Source: Azolla caroliniana
Taxonomy: Eukaryota > Plantae > Polypodiophyta
NCBI GenBank assembly: GCA_043228905.1
Contig: JBHGNT010000007.1
Location: forward strand, 14,508,001-14,572,000
Direction: 5' to 3'
Length of the DNA stretch: 64,000 bases
A model generated the notes under the pieces. It was given only the letters and a program-made list of their open reading frames with translations. It made no database searches and was not told where the DNA came from. Within the stretch, counting starts at the first letter, position 1. The number at the start of each line of letters is the position of its first letter. Position numbers and translations under genes: made by a program. Below, piece by piece: positions 11,274 through 23,600 of this stretch.

Positions 11274-11692
11274 TAGACTCTATAAAGAATATGACACTGA
11301 CGATTTGTTAAGATTTCACATTATTAATACAAATTTTGGGTTTTACCTAGTGGATTCTATTCTTTATAATCTTCTATATGTTTCAATTTTATTTTTATAT
11401 ACTTGATTAGTAGATTTATGACATTGGTTTCACCGCGTGCATAGCTGACTACCAAACTTATGGAGAAACATGAACTAGTTTAAATGGAGGCTGATTTTGG
11501 TCCAAGCTAACCTTAACAGAACATGGCCCTATAATTGTTGCCATGACTGTCCATGTTGTTATTATGGATCTTTGTCTTCTATTGTTAAAACTATTATGTT
11601 TCTATTCCATTGCTGCTTAGATTGTGTAGTGTGTTGATAATGGTTCCAGTTGCGTTATCGTTCGGAGTTTGATCTTGTGTGAATCACCTAAG

Positions 11693-11960
11693 CAATAGAG
11701 TAGATCAATTTTAAATACAGGTATGAAAGCCTAATAGGTTTGTTATTTCCATGACATTATCCTAAAGTTCATTGCCTTACATTGTGCACAATTATATACA
11801 CATATGGTTTGATCCCATATGAACAAACTGAGGAATAGATTAGATCAACTTTAAATACAAGTATTGAATACTTTAATAAGTTAGTTATTCCAATCACTTA
11901 TCCTAATGTGCACTATCCTACATTTTCCACAATTACATACATGCACGTATGGGTCAAAGT
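11693..11960. repeat. Degenerate ~140-bp tandem duplication in the non-coding right arm of the transposon
   Basis: AATAGAGTAGATCAATTTTAAATACA... is repeated as AATAGATTAGATCAACTTTAAATACA...; also present in copy B at about 53865-54135. Confidence 0.7.
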
Positions 11961-12285
11961 ATAAATTATATCTCATTTTATTAGTATGGATACAAGTACA
12001 CCTCATATTTTTGTAAAACCTACCTAATTAATATAAGTCTTTAAGTTAGTGTTTCCCTTGTCGCACAATAGTGCCATATTGAGCCATAGTTGAACTTTAT
12101 TATGCCTACATTAACTTATCAACATGTCTAAACTTGCATGATTTCTAATGATCTCCACTCGTAGATCTATCATGTATTTTTATATTTGCAAATTCTCATC
12201 AAGTTGAGGAACATGTGATACTAGTGCATCCAATTTTTGTAGAGAGGGTGTATTTGCTTCGTTTTAAGAAGATTCTACAAGTGGA

Positions 12286-12321
12286 ATGCGCAATCCTTCC
12301 ACTTGTGAACGCGAACGTGTT
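12286..12321 (-). repeat. Right TIR of copy A
   Basis: ATGCGCAATCCTTCCACTTGTGAACGCGAACGTGTT followed by TSD TTGA. Confidence 0.95.
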
Positions 12322-13152
12322 TTGATAAGAAGTAGGAACATTGTCGTGATATGTGGTGCTCATGGGAAGACAAGCATCAAACTCTAGGTTTATAAAAGGT
12401 TGAAAATTCAGACGAAAACCATAAGGACATGCAATGCTTAAAACAATAAAAAGATATACCTCAATTGGAAAGACCTTAGTCTTAGAGGGATAAGGTCAAG
12501 CGTTGAACATTTGAACTTTAGCCAATCTAATGAATGGCTCAAAATCTAGGAAAGGGCATGTCTCATACCAAAGCTCGTCGTTGTCATCGCGTACTCATTG
12601 TGCTCCACTATTATTGATGTTGTTCCTACCAATTATCACCGTCGATGTTGGCATTAGGTACTCGTGCACCACAGTGATAGTGTGGTTGTTGCTAGTCATC
12701 ACGTACTCATTGTGCTCAACAGTTATTGTTGTTCCTACCAGTTATCACCGTCGTTGTCGGCATCATGTACTCGTGCTCTACAGTGATAGTTGTGGTTGCT
12801 GCTAGTTATCATCGTGGACATCTATATGGCAAATGACACTCTTGTCAACAACCTCCATTGTTGTTGTCATCACACACTCGTTGTGCTTAACAATGATAAT
12901 TGTTGCGACCAATGATTACGGTCGAGATCGATATAACAACTGCAACCTTGTCCACAACCTCCATTGACATCTACTAGCCATGTCATCTACCCTCAATTCT
13001 TCTTTTTTTTACACTTTAGGACAAGTAAAAAAAACGTTCTTACACCCCAACCCACAAAACTTAAAATCTTTTCATTTCCCCAAATACCCCTCCTATCTTC
13101 CAAATACCATAAACATGCACACACACACACACATATAATTCCCTACACAAAT

Positions 13153-16110
13153 TGTTGAGCGAGATAGCTCAACTTGGGCCAGATCGGCTGAAGAAGCCAA
13201 GATCCAAATAGGATAGAGACCAATTGGCTAGGACTAAATCATTTGAATAAGCGGAAAGCTGAATTGGTTAGGAAATCGAATAGGCTAGTCAGTAGGGGTC
13301 TATACTCCTACTTTAGTTAATAGGAATATTATACGAAAAGTTAGTATCATGCTCATTCATGAGCATTGAACTATAGATAGGACTCATGTCAGCCTGTTGT
13401 CAAGGCTTGTATAAAAGTGTTCACTGAGCATAATCATATGTATAGAGCATTATTATTTTGAGTACATTCCTACTGTATGCTCACTCTGTCTCTCTCTCAT
13501 TGTGTATCTCCATTCTCTGTGTTGACCTAATTGTTGTCTGTTATTCAGCATAGCCGACTATGTTATTAACTCACAAGCTTCCGCACATAAACCTTTTACA
13601 TGGTATTAGATCGCGAGGGTTGAGAATCCTCTGCAACCGATAGAAAAGCAAAAGACGACATAGAGAAGTTACTTTCTTCCGAAACAACAGGAACATGGAT
13701 AGAGGCATAGGCAACTTGCTTCCTACAGAAAAGCTGGATAGGAGCAACTACACATATTGGTCCTACAAGATGCACCAATAACTACTTGTGCATGGATATT
13801 GGAGTTATGTGTAAGGAGCGAATGATGTAGCACCGGAGCCGTCGCACAAAGACTTTCCAACCTAGGAGCAAGCAGCAAGCTGAGTCTTGTACTACTTCGC
13901 ATCTTGTGTGAGTGATCAGATGCTCATCTACATAAAAGAAGCAAAGTCACTGAAGGATGCTTGGGGGAACCTGATGTCACATTCTAGACTCGAACCTCTG
14001 ACCTATAACACACATAGTACATTGTTGTGTTAGATCATATGTAATGTCTTGTGAACTTATATATGGTTTAATATTATATAGTTTAATATATATTCTAGTT
14101 GTTAGTATATTCTAGAACTATTCTTTGGTATATTCTAAACGGGTATATTCTAGAGATATTTCTCGAGTATATTCAATCTTAGAACTTATATAAATATGTG
14201 TAGCCTCCTTGGTTAATTTCAAGGGATTCAACACCAGTCATTGACACATCAATCTAGTATTCTGGTTTCACCGCATCTTGTCTCCTCCATCTTCATCTCT
14301 GTCATTCATGCTTTTGTGTCGTTCATAGCTTCTTAAGTTCCATGCTCCATCTGAGTCCGTGGCTGGTCTATTCATGACAGTTTGAATCCCTTCCAACTGG
14401 AAGCATCACCGCTCTCTGTCATCACCCTTGTTTCTAGAGTTACCATCATCATCGTCCGTGCTTCTAGAGTTACTGTCATCAACATCCTTGTCCTCGACAT
14501 CATCATTTTCAACACCACTTCACCCAACCGTCATTGTCGTCAACACTACTTTGCATGGTCATTCATTATCATCATTGTTCCACCCTCTTCATTGTCATTG
14601 TTATCATCTATAGGTATCATTTTGCATCACGATTTGGGTGAGGATTGCTTTGATCGTTCAACTTCCTAGTTCCAGTGCGGGTTACAACCACTCATTTTCT
14701 TGGTGGGGATTGAATCATTGCTCGCTTGCACTCATTTTCATTTTAGTTCAAGTCTCGCTCCACTTTCCTTTGGTGAGGACCAATTTTGATCACTCACCTT
14801 CTAATTTCAGTGGGGGTCACAACCACTCACTTTCCTGGTGGGGATCACGTCGGTTTCTCGCTAGCACCCTCTCATGATAGAAGCAGATTTTAATGTCACA
14901 TTCTAGTCTCGAACCTCTGACCTATAACACACCTAGTACATAGTTGTGGTAGATCATATGGAAAGTCTTGTGAGCTTATATATGGTTTAATATTGTATAG
15001 ATTAACATATATTCTACTAGTTAGTATATTCTAAAACTATTCTATGGTACATTCTAGAGATATTTCTCAAGTATATTCTAGAGATATTTCTCGAGTATAT
15101 TCTAGAGATATTTCTCGAGTATATTCTAGAGATATTCAATCTTAGAACTTGTATAAATACTTGTAGCCTCCTTGGTCCCTTTCAAGGGATTCAACACCAT
15201 TCATTGACACATCAATCTAGTATTTTGGTTTCACCCCATCTTTTCTTCTCCATCTTCATCTCTGTCTTTCATGCTTTTGTGTTGTTCACAGCTTCTTAAG
15301 TTCCATGCTCTTAACCCATCATCCAAGCTCTGTCTGAGTCCACGGTTAATGTGTCCGTGACACCTGAAAATGGTCTTCGTTGCCAGCACCACATCTCGTA
15401 AGTTGCAGCATTAGACAGAAGTTGAACAACGTTCGACAAGGAGGTATGTCGATAATTGACTACACCAGAAAGATCAAGAAAATCTATGACGCACTTGGAT
15501 CCATCAGTGTTACTATGGATGAAGACGAGATGGTGCCGATCTATCTTGATGGTCTAGCTCAAAAGTATGGGCCAATTTGGATGTCTATCTGCACAAGAGA
15601 GAGAATCCTCGTCCTTTTTTCACTTGCATTCGATGCTTCTTGTAGAGGAGAACCACATGGGTGTGTCGACGAGCATGCACACCAACAACAAGATGTTGTA
15701 CCCGGAGGCAGAGAAGCCCTTGTGGTCGTGGTGGACATGATGGATCGGAACTTAATGGAGGAGGTTGACAAGAGTTGAACATAAGGCATAGAAGTGGTGC
15801 TAAACAATTTTGGACCCTTCACGAGTACGGGGAGTCAAGGTAGTGCCAGAAGCTGGCAAGGAAAGACCGCAACGAACTGCTAGTATTGTGGCAGGAAGGG
15901 TCACAAGGAGAGCAAGTGCTAGAAAAAGCGTAGCAATTCAGACATAGCCGGTGCGAGCCGAGATGACATAGACAAGCGTCAAAGATCGCACTATGCCGAA
16001 GGCTCAGGACGAGTTGAAATTGACCGTGCCTTCATTATGAAGCACAAAGCAAACTTGATGGCGGCGACCACTTCAAAGTCAAACGAGGTGTGGTACGTGG
16101 ATTCACAAGC
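13153..16110 (+). mobile_element. Truncated Ty1/Copia (Bryco-like): 5' LTR 13153-13600, PBS, decayed gag and start of protease
   Basis: TGTTGAG...TTTACA LTR and PBS TGGTATTAGATCGCG (iMet-like) at 13601. gag MDRGIGNLLPTEKLDRSNYTYWSYKMHQ from about 13696, CxYCGRKGHKESKC knuckle, WYVDS at about 16091. Split by the 13975-15362 insertion. Confidence 0.8.
13975..15362 (+). mobile_element. TRIM-like non-autonomous LTR element (LTRs 13975-14379 and 14894-15362; ~515-bp non-coding interior)
   Basis: TGTCAC...TGACA ends, two similar LTRs and a perfect 5-bp TSD CCTGA (13970-13974, 15363-15367). Confidence 0.88.
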
Positions 16111-16459
16111 ATGGAGAGACCTATAAAAGCCTCTAGTTGGGCTTTTGTAAGGGGGGTCAATAGGTGATATCACCATCATCATCACCATCAATATAAAATT
16201 CTTCTTATAAATATACTTCTTATTGTTCTTTGTAAAGTATTATGTGCGGAAGCAATAGAAAACCAAACACACAGAAAATACGCAGGTTTAATGGAGAGCT
16301 TGAGTATACATAGTACGCGGGAGAGATAGAGAGAGAACACACAGAAAAATCAATTCCAAAAAATTAACTCTATACTTACATCGTGCTCAGTGAGCACCTT
16401 TTATACAAGCCCTGACAATGGGCTGACACAAGTATTGACAGTACTTGACTGCTCATAAA

Positions 16460-17861
16460 TGTCGGGAACCCAACGTTCCTTATGCGCAACGCTCAGCCAC
16501 AACCGAGGTTAGAATGATACACAGAAAAAAACGGGAAATAAAACGCGACACAAAGAAGGGGAGAATACACAGGAGGTTTACGTGGAAAACCCCAAACTAG
16601 GGGAAAAACCACGGCAGCCCACAGGCTACAAACTGTCACTATGTAGGAATATACAACAGTGAGTTCACTGAGGCAACAACCTCGTGCTCACAGATCTTCG
16701 CCACAGGCGGCGGTTACAACAGAGGCAACGACCTCGTCTCTCTCTCTCTCTCTGTACAGTTACGCACTCTCTCTTCTTCTTGCACCAACAAGGAAAAAAT
16801 GACAACATCAATCTATCAAGTTTGCCCTAAGTCATATTTATACTAATATGACTTTTCGGCTATTTACAAATGTAGCCTCGAGGGGCTCTTAGAAACATAT
16901 TTACGAATATGTCGCTTCCTCCGGTTCACACCAGGCCTGCACCATCCGGCTCTCCGTAGCCGAGTACTCCTCATCCGGTTCACACCGGGTCTGTATCATC
17001 CGGCTCTCCGTAGCCAGGTACTCCTCATCCGGTCTTCACCGGGTCTGCATCATCCGGCTCTTTGTAGCCAGGTACTCCTCATTCGGTTCATACCGGGCCT
17101 GCACCATCCGGCTCTCCGTAGCCGAGTACTCCTCATCCGGTTCATTGTTCTTCTCCCTTCCCATCCGGAGGGACCTGTCTCCCAACAAACTCCCACAAAG
17201 AAGGAGAAAATACACAGGAGGTTTACGTGGAAAACCCCAAACTAGGGGAAAAACCACGACAGCCCACAGGCTACAAACTGTCACTATGTAGGAATATACA
17301 ACAGTGAGTTCACTGAGGCAACGACCTCGTGCTCACAGATCTTCGCCACAGGTGGCGGTTACAACAGAGGCAACGACCTCGTCTCTCTCTCTCTCTATGT
17401 ACAGTTACGCACTCTCTCTTCTTCTTGCACCAACAAGGAAAAAATGACAACATCAATCTATCAAGTTTGCCCTAAGTCATATTTATACTAATATGACTTT
17501 TCGGCTATTTACAAATGTAGCCTCGAGGGGCTCTTAGAAACATATTTACGAATATGTCGCTTCCTCCAGTTCACACCGGGCCTGCACCATCCGGCTCTCC
17601 GTAGCCGGGTACTCCTCATCCAGTTCACACCGGGTCTGTATCATCCGGCTCTCCGTAGCCAGGTACTCCTCATCCGGCTCTCCGTAGCCAGGTACTCCTC
17701 ATCCGGTCTTCACCGGGTCTGCATCATCCGGCTCTCCGTAGCCAAGTACTCCTCATCCGGTTCATACCGGGCCTGCACCATCCGGCTCTCCGTAGCCGAG
17801 TACTCCTCATCCGGTTCATTGTTCTTCTCCCTTCCCATCCGGAGGGACCTGTCTCCCAACA
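16460..17861 (-). mobile_element. Collapsed Tork-like Copia: full LTR (16460-17187), PPT remnant and truncated second LTR, with no interior
   Basis: TG...CA ends, perfect TSD ATAAA (16455-16459, 17862-17866) and AACTCCC (reverse PPT) at 17188-17194 fused into the second LTR. Confidence 0.88.
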
Positions 17862-18843
17862 ATAAATGAGCCTCGACACTTACTCCCAAAACTATTCCTT
17901 ACGAGGAATATCTCTCTAACAGCCTTTCGGTTTATGCACCGATACGGCCTCTCGTTACGCACTGGTTTGCATATCCGTTTTACGCACTGGTCCGGCCTAA
18001 CCGATCGGTCCCAACTGATCCGGTTCTCGGTTTGCACAGCTAATCCGGCCAATGTTGAGCTTGTATCTCAACACTCCCCCTCAAGCTCAACTTGAGGTTC
18101 CATCCGCTCTTCCGGATCTACGTTCCGGTTCCTCCTAGCTCCACGCCTTGCTTGCGCTCCTCGACCTGTTCAATTCCGCGCGCCTCGACCCTTTTGGTCG
18201 GCTTGTCTGCTCACACGGCCCTTCTCAGCTTCCTTGCTGTTGCGGTGTTGGCGCCTCTTTTGCTGCCTTCTCTTCTGCTTGACCTCAGTTGATTCAGCAT
18301 ACCCAAATCAAACACCCGAACCAATTCGGCTTCCTCCGATTGGTTTTCGCTCTCGTTCGAGTTGATTGTTTCCAACTCGTCTTCGGATTTCTCGCTCTTG
18401 ATGGCGTTTTCTTGCCCATGCTTAGATGGCTTCGGCTCTTCCTTTCGACTGCTTCCCTTATGTCCGCTTTCAGACTCTTTCGGGGATCCGCCCTCGGCTT
18501 CTTCAGCCGATCCGAAATTGAATTTTTCATCTGACTCGGCGTCACAGTCTTCTCTCCCCCTTGCGTGGTCATTCGTGTCGGAAATACAGGCTTCTTAAGC
18601 ACAACACAGAAACACAGAAAATGGATAATGAACGCACGATACAGTGAAGAGAAGAGTACACAGGATGTTAACGTGGAAAACCCAAACTAGGGAAAAACTA
18701 TGGCAGGCCACAGACTGCGAACTATCACTATATCAGAATGTACAATAGTAAAGCACCGAGGCAACGACCTCGAGCTTTCTATCTTCGCCACAGGCGGCGG
18801 TTACAACAGAGGCAACGACCTCTTCCTCTCTCTCCGTCTCTCT

Positions 18844-20258
18844 GAGAGATAAACTTTCAGATTTTTTCAAAAGCACTATTGGTGTTAAGCAAGGATGCCC
18901 ACTCTCACCAACACTATTTGGTCTATGCATTGATGAATTGGAAGAAATGGTTACCAAGTTTGCAAAGGAAGAATGTGTTGAAGAAGTTGCCTTTGGGAAT
19001 GTAGTAATTCTGCTTTTGCTATATGCAGATGATGTAGTGCTTTTTGCAAATACTTTAGGAGATGCACAAAAGCTTATGAAGGCATTGGAAATTTTTTGCA
19101 TGCATACTAAATTAAATGTCAATAGCTCTAAAACAAAGATTATGCTTGTGAAGAGCCAAAAAAGAGATAAACCATGCATTATGTACAACAATGAGCCACT
19201 TGAATGTGTGGAAAGCTTCAAATATCTCGGCCTTGAAGTTCCTTCAAATCATAGATGGAATGAATATGCTACACGCCGCTTAGAGGCGGGCAAGTGAGCA
19301 TACTATGCATTTGAGAACACATGCAATCTTGGAGATATTAAGTGTTGGGTCATCAAGAAATATCTTTTCGACACTTTGGTGACATCGGTTCTTCTCTATG
19401 GGGTGGAAGTATGGGGCGGTAGTATCCCTAAATCTATGTGGAAAGAGTTTGAAAATGTCCAAAAGTATTTTCTTACCAAGTTTCTACAAGTTAAGAAACA
19501 AACGCCCTACATCCTCCTCCTCCTTGAGACGGGATCGCTTCCCATTGAGATCATGGCCATGGAAAGGGTTGTTGAATACATGCTTAAGGTTCAAAAAACT
19601 CCCTGACATCGACTTTCTAGAATTGCATGGGAAGCAAGCAAAAAGATCCAAAAGATGCATAAAAGCAAAATTTTGTGTTCCGGTTGGATGCAAGATATAG
19701 AAAAATGGTTTGGTAGATGGGATGTGAGACACTTGCTTCATGATGCATCATTAGATTCCTTTGTAAATGAGGCATTTTTGCAACTCGAATGTATCATGAC
19801 ATGGGACAAATGTGGAGGCTCACGCTTCACACATTATACTACACATGTATACATGTTAGAGCCCATACCGTTATCTGCCATTCGAACCATTGCTTCCATG
19901 CGACTTAGCTCACATGCATTGCGATGTGAAACAGGGCGTTGGGGTACAAGTGATGAGAGTGGTCGGCTATGCACACTTTGCCCTAAACAAGTTCGCGAGT
20001 CTGAGTATCACAGTTGGATACTATGCTCTACCTTTGATCATATTCGACCATGCTTTCCACATCTCTTCGATCGAGCCCAATCTTTGCATGAATTCCTCTC
20101 ACAACCACAATGTGCACTCTCGATTGCAACATTCATTGGTAAAGTTCTTGAACATCGAGAGTCACTACTCACTTTCACACGTATCACGTGAAATGTAATA
20201 TTTTTGGTCTTATAGGTCATATTTGACCTTCGAAGACAATAATATAATCTATCTATCT
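18844..20258 (+). mobile_element. 5'-truncated non-LTR retrotransposon (RTE/RTEX-like) ORF2 3' part
   Basis: GVKQGCPLSPTLF, LLYADD, ESFKYLG and C-terminal RLSSH.L..ETGRW..RLCTLC....ESEYH...C finger. It has a 3' stem-loop and (ATCT)3 tail and sits in the (CT)n run of the T1 3' LTR; it is absent from the 5' LTR. Confidence 0.88.
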
Positions 20259-20684
20259 GTACACTGTTACGCGCTCTGCAGTCTTGCACCAACAAGAATG
20301 AAAACTCATACAACACTCAGTTTGCCCTAAGTCATATTTATACTAATATGACTTTTCGGCTATTTACAAATATAGCCCTGATGGACTCTCAAAAACATAT
20401 TTACGAATATGTCCCTTCATCCGGTGAGCACTCCTCACCAGGCCTGCATCATCCGGCTCTTGCTGGGTACTCCACATCCAGTTCTCACCGGGTCTTCCGT
20501 AGCCGGGTACTTGTCATCCGGTTCTCACCGGGTCTTTCGTTGCCGGGTACTCCACATCCGGTTCTCACCAGGTCTTCCGTTGCCGGGTACTCCACATCCG
20601 GATTCAGCCTCGGCTGAGTTTCTCATCAACACAGCTCTTCTCACTTCCCATCCGGAGGGACCTGTTTCCTAACAAACTTCCCCT

Positions 20685-23600
20685 TCACTGCGGCATGGGA
20701 TGTCTTACTAGTCCGATCCGCTTCCGACATGCATCCAGCTTGTCGGGTACTAGTACTTTGGTCAGCATATCTGACCCGTTCTTGGCCGTGTGGATCTTTG
20801 TCAGTGCGAACTCTCGATCTTCTACTCACTCCCGGATCCAGTGATACCTACGCTAGATGTGCTTCGTCTTGGAATGGTACGCTGCATTCTTAGCAAGATG
20901 GATGGCACTTTGACTGTCGCAATAGAGCCGGTATTCATCTTGTCGGACACCGAGCTCTCCGATGAAGTCCTTCATCCATAATATTTCCTTGCCGGCTTCC
21001 ACAACTGCATGTACTCCACCTCTGTGGTTGATAACGCAACCATCTTTTGCAGCCTCGACTGCCACGAAACAGCTCTCCCTGCATATGTCATTACATACCC
21101 GGATGTAGACCGGCTGGTATCCACATCAGCCGACATGTCTGAATCGGTAAAACCGTCGAGTTAAGGTTTACCGGAGGCGAATCGGAGACACATATCCGAA
21201 GTGCCCTTCTGGTACCGGAGTATCCATTTGACCGCATTCCAGTGCTCCTTGCCGGGATTGCTCATAAACTGGCTCACCACTCTGATTGCGTATCCTATAT
21301 CCGGTCGGGTACACACCATTGCGTACATCAAGCTCCCGATGGCAGAGGCATATTGAACCTTCATCATATCAGCCTTCTCTGCTTTCGTCTGCGGGCTTTG
21401 CTTACCGGATAATTTGCAGTTTGCCGGGAGCGTCGATCCGACCGGTTTCGCTTCTAACATGTTGAACCGCTGAAGCACCTTTGTCACGTATTTCTCTTGT
21501 GACAGCCACAATTGCTTCGTTGGCCGGTTCTGGATGATATGCCGGACCCAAGTCTTTCATTGCGAAAGTTTGGTTGAGAGCCTTCTTCAGCATCCGTATT
21601 CTGGCTTGGTCCCGTCCGACGATTAGCATGTCATCCACATACAGAAGGAGTATCAGGAAGTCGTCTCCTTCGAATTTCTTCACAAACACGCAGTGATCGG
21701 CCTACGTCTTGTGGTACCCTTGATCGGTCATGAGGGAGTCGAACTTCCGGTACCATTGTCGGGGAGCCTGCTTCAGTCCGTACAGGCTCTTCTTCAACCG
21801 GCAAACCAAGCGCTCCTTCCCTTTCTCCACGAATCCTTCCAGTTGCTACATGTAGATCTCCTCTTCGAGATCACCGTGAAGGAATGCCATCTTCTCGTCC
21901 AGCTGCTCTACCTCGAGGTCCATGCTTGCCGCTATACTCAACACCGTCCGGATGGATGTCATCTTTACTACCGGGGCAAATATCTTGTCGAAGTCCATGC
22001 CTTTCTTCTGCTGGAACCCCTTGACCACGATCCTAGCTTTGTATCTCGGGGGGTTGCCGGCATCTCCCGGTTTCAACTTGTACACCCACTTGTTTCGGAG
22101 GGCCCTCTTTCCTTTCAACAACTCCACCAATTCATATGTATGGTTCTTATGCAAGGAATCCATCTCATCCTGCATGGCACTTAACCATTTGCGGCTATGG
22201 GCGTCACTTTTATCTTCCTCGAAGCTTTCTGGCTCCCCCTCATCGGTCAGCAGCACATGCTCTGCATCCGGAAATCTTCGGGGGGGCCTTCTCTCTCTGA
22301 GAGGATATCTACGTCTTTGGGCTTCGGTAACCGGCTCCTCCATTTGCTCTTCATCTGAATCCGATTCGGGGTCTTGGCCGGTTCCGGTTTTAGCTTCCTC
22401 TCCTTCCTCTTCTACTGTTTCGGTATCGTCACCGTAAACAGCTGGTTCCTCGAGTGCTAACCGGTCTCTTGCCGGTTGGGTCTGCTCATCGTAGAATCGA
22501 TCCTTACTGGTCAACTCGGAGTTCATTATCTTCTTCTCCGACTCCCAGTCGGTGAGCGTCTTTTCCTCCATGAAGATAATATCTCGACTGCGGAATACCT
22601 TCTTGTCGGCCAGGTCCCACACTCGGTAGCCGAACTCATCGTCGCCGTAACCGAGGAATATGCATGACCGGGTCTTTGGATCCAACTTTTCTCTCCGGTC
22701 CTTAGCAACATGCACGTACGCAAGACACCCGAATACTTTCAGATGCCGGTAGGACACTTCCTTACCGCTCCAAACTCTCTGTGGTGTGTCTCCGTCCAAG
22801 GGTACTGAGGGTGATCTGTTTATCACATATGTCATTGTCGACAGCGCCTCAGCCCAAAACGTCTTGGGTAATTTTGCATGCGCCAGCATACTCCGGAGCC
22901 TCTCCATTATGGTCCGGTTCATCCTCTCGGCTAGCCCGTTTAGTTCCGGCGTCTTCGGCACGGTAAATTCGAGCCGGATTCCCTTCGAGCGACAGTACTC
23001 CTCGAACTGCCCCCAGTATTCACCTCCGTTATCTTCTTGAACCGCCGTCAGCTTCCGGCCGGTTTCTCTTTCCACTCTCGTGTGGAGTTTTTTGAAGACG
23101 GATAGCACCCGATCCTTCGTCTTCAATGGTGTGGCCCACAGCTTTAGGCTGTAGTCATCTATGAACGTCACGAAGTACTGTGATCCTGCATGTGACTTCG
23201 TGTCCACTTGACACACATCAATATGCACCAACTCCAATGGTGCATTACGTCTCATTCGGTGGCCTTGGTTGGAAGGAGGTCTGGTTTTGCTTACCGGCCA
23301 GACAATCAGTGCACTTCACTGGAATGAGGTTGTCGTCTGCCAGCCTCTTCATCCCCTTCTCGCTCATGTGACACGGCCTTTTGTGCCACAACTCACCGGC
23401 AGTGTCGAATGCCACGTTCACTTCCTTCGGACATAACCGGGCATTCATCAGGTACAACGTGTTTACCTTCCGGGCCCGAGCCACAATCAGACTCCATTTG
23501 CTGGACTTCATAACACTGTTCCGGATGCTACCCGTGTAACCTTCATCATCTAGCCGACCGGCTGATATCAGGTTCAGAGGAACCTTTGGAACGTGTCGGA

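Larger units (their letters stand above)
3245..12321. mobile_element. Sola-like DNA transposon, copy A (9077 bp), carrying a transposase and a ParB-like/DNA-methyltransferase cargo gene
   Basis: 36-bp TIRs AACACGTTCGCGTTCACAAGTGGAAGGATCGCGCAT (3245-3280) and its inverse (12286-12321, one mismatch). Perfect 4-bp TSD TTGA at 3241-3244 and 12322-12325. Second copy at 53505-61137. Confidence 0.93.

Noticed and set aside
12530-12960. ORF or structured element in the GTC/TTG-rich stretch
   Set aside because: Low-complexity degenerate repeats with no motifs or definable boundaries.
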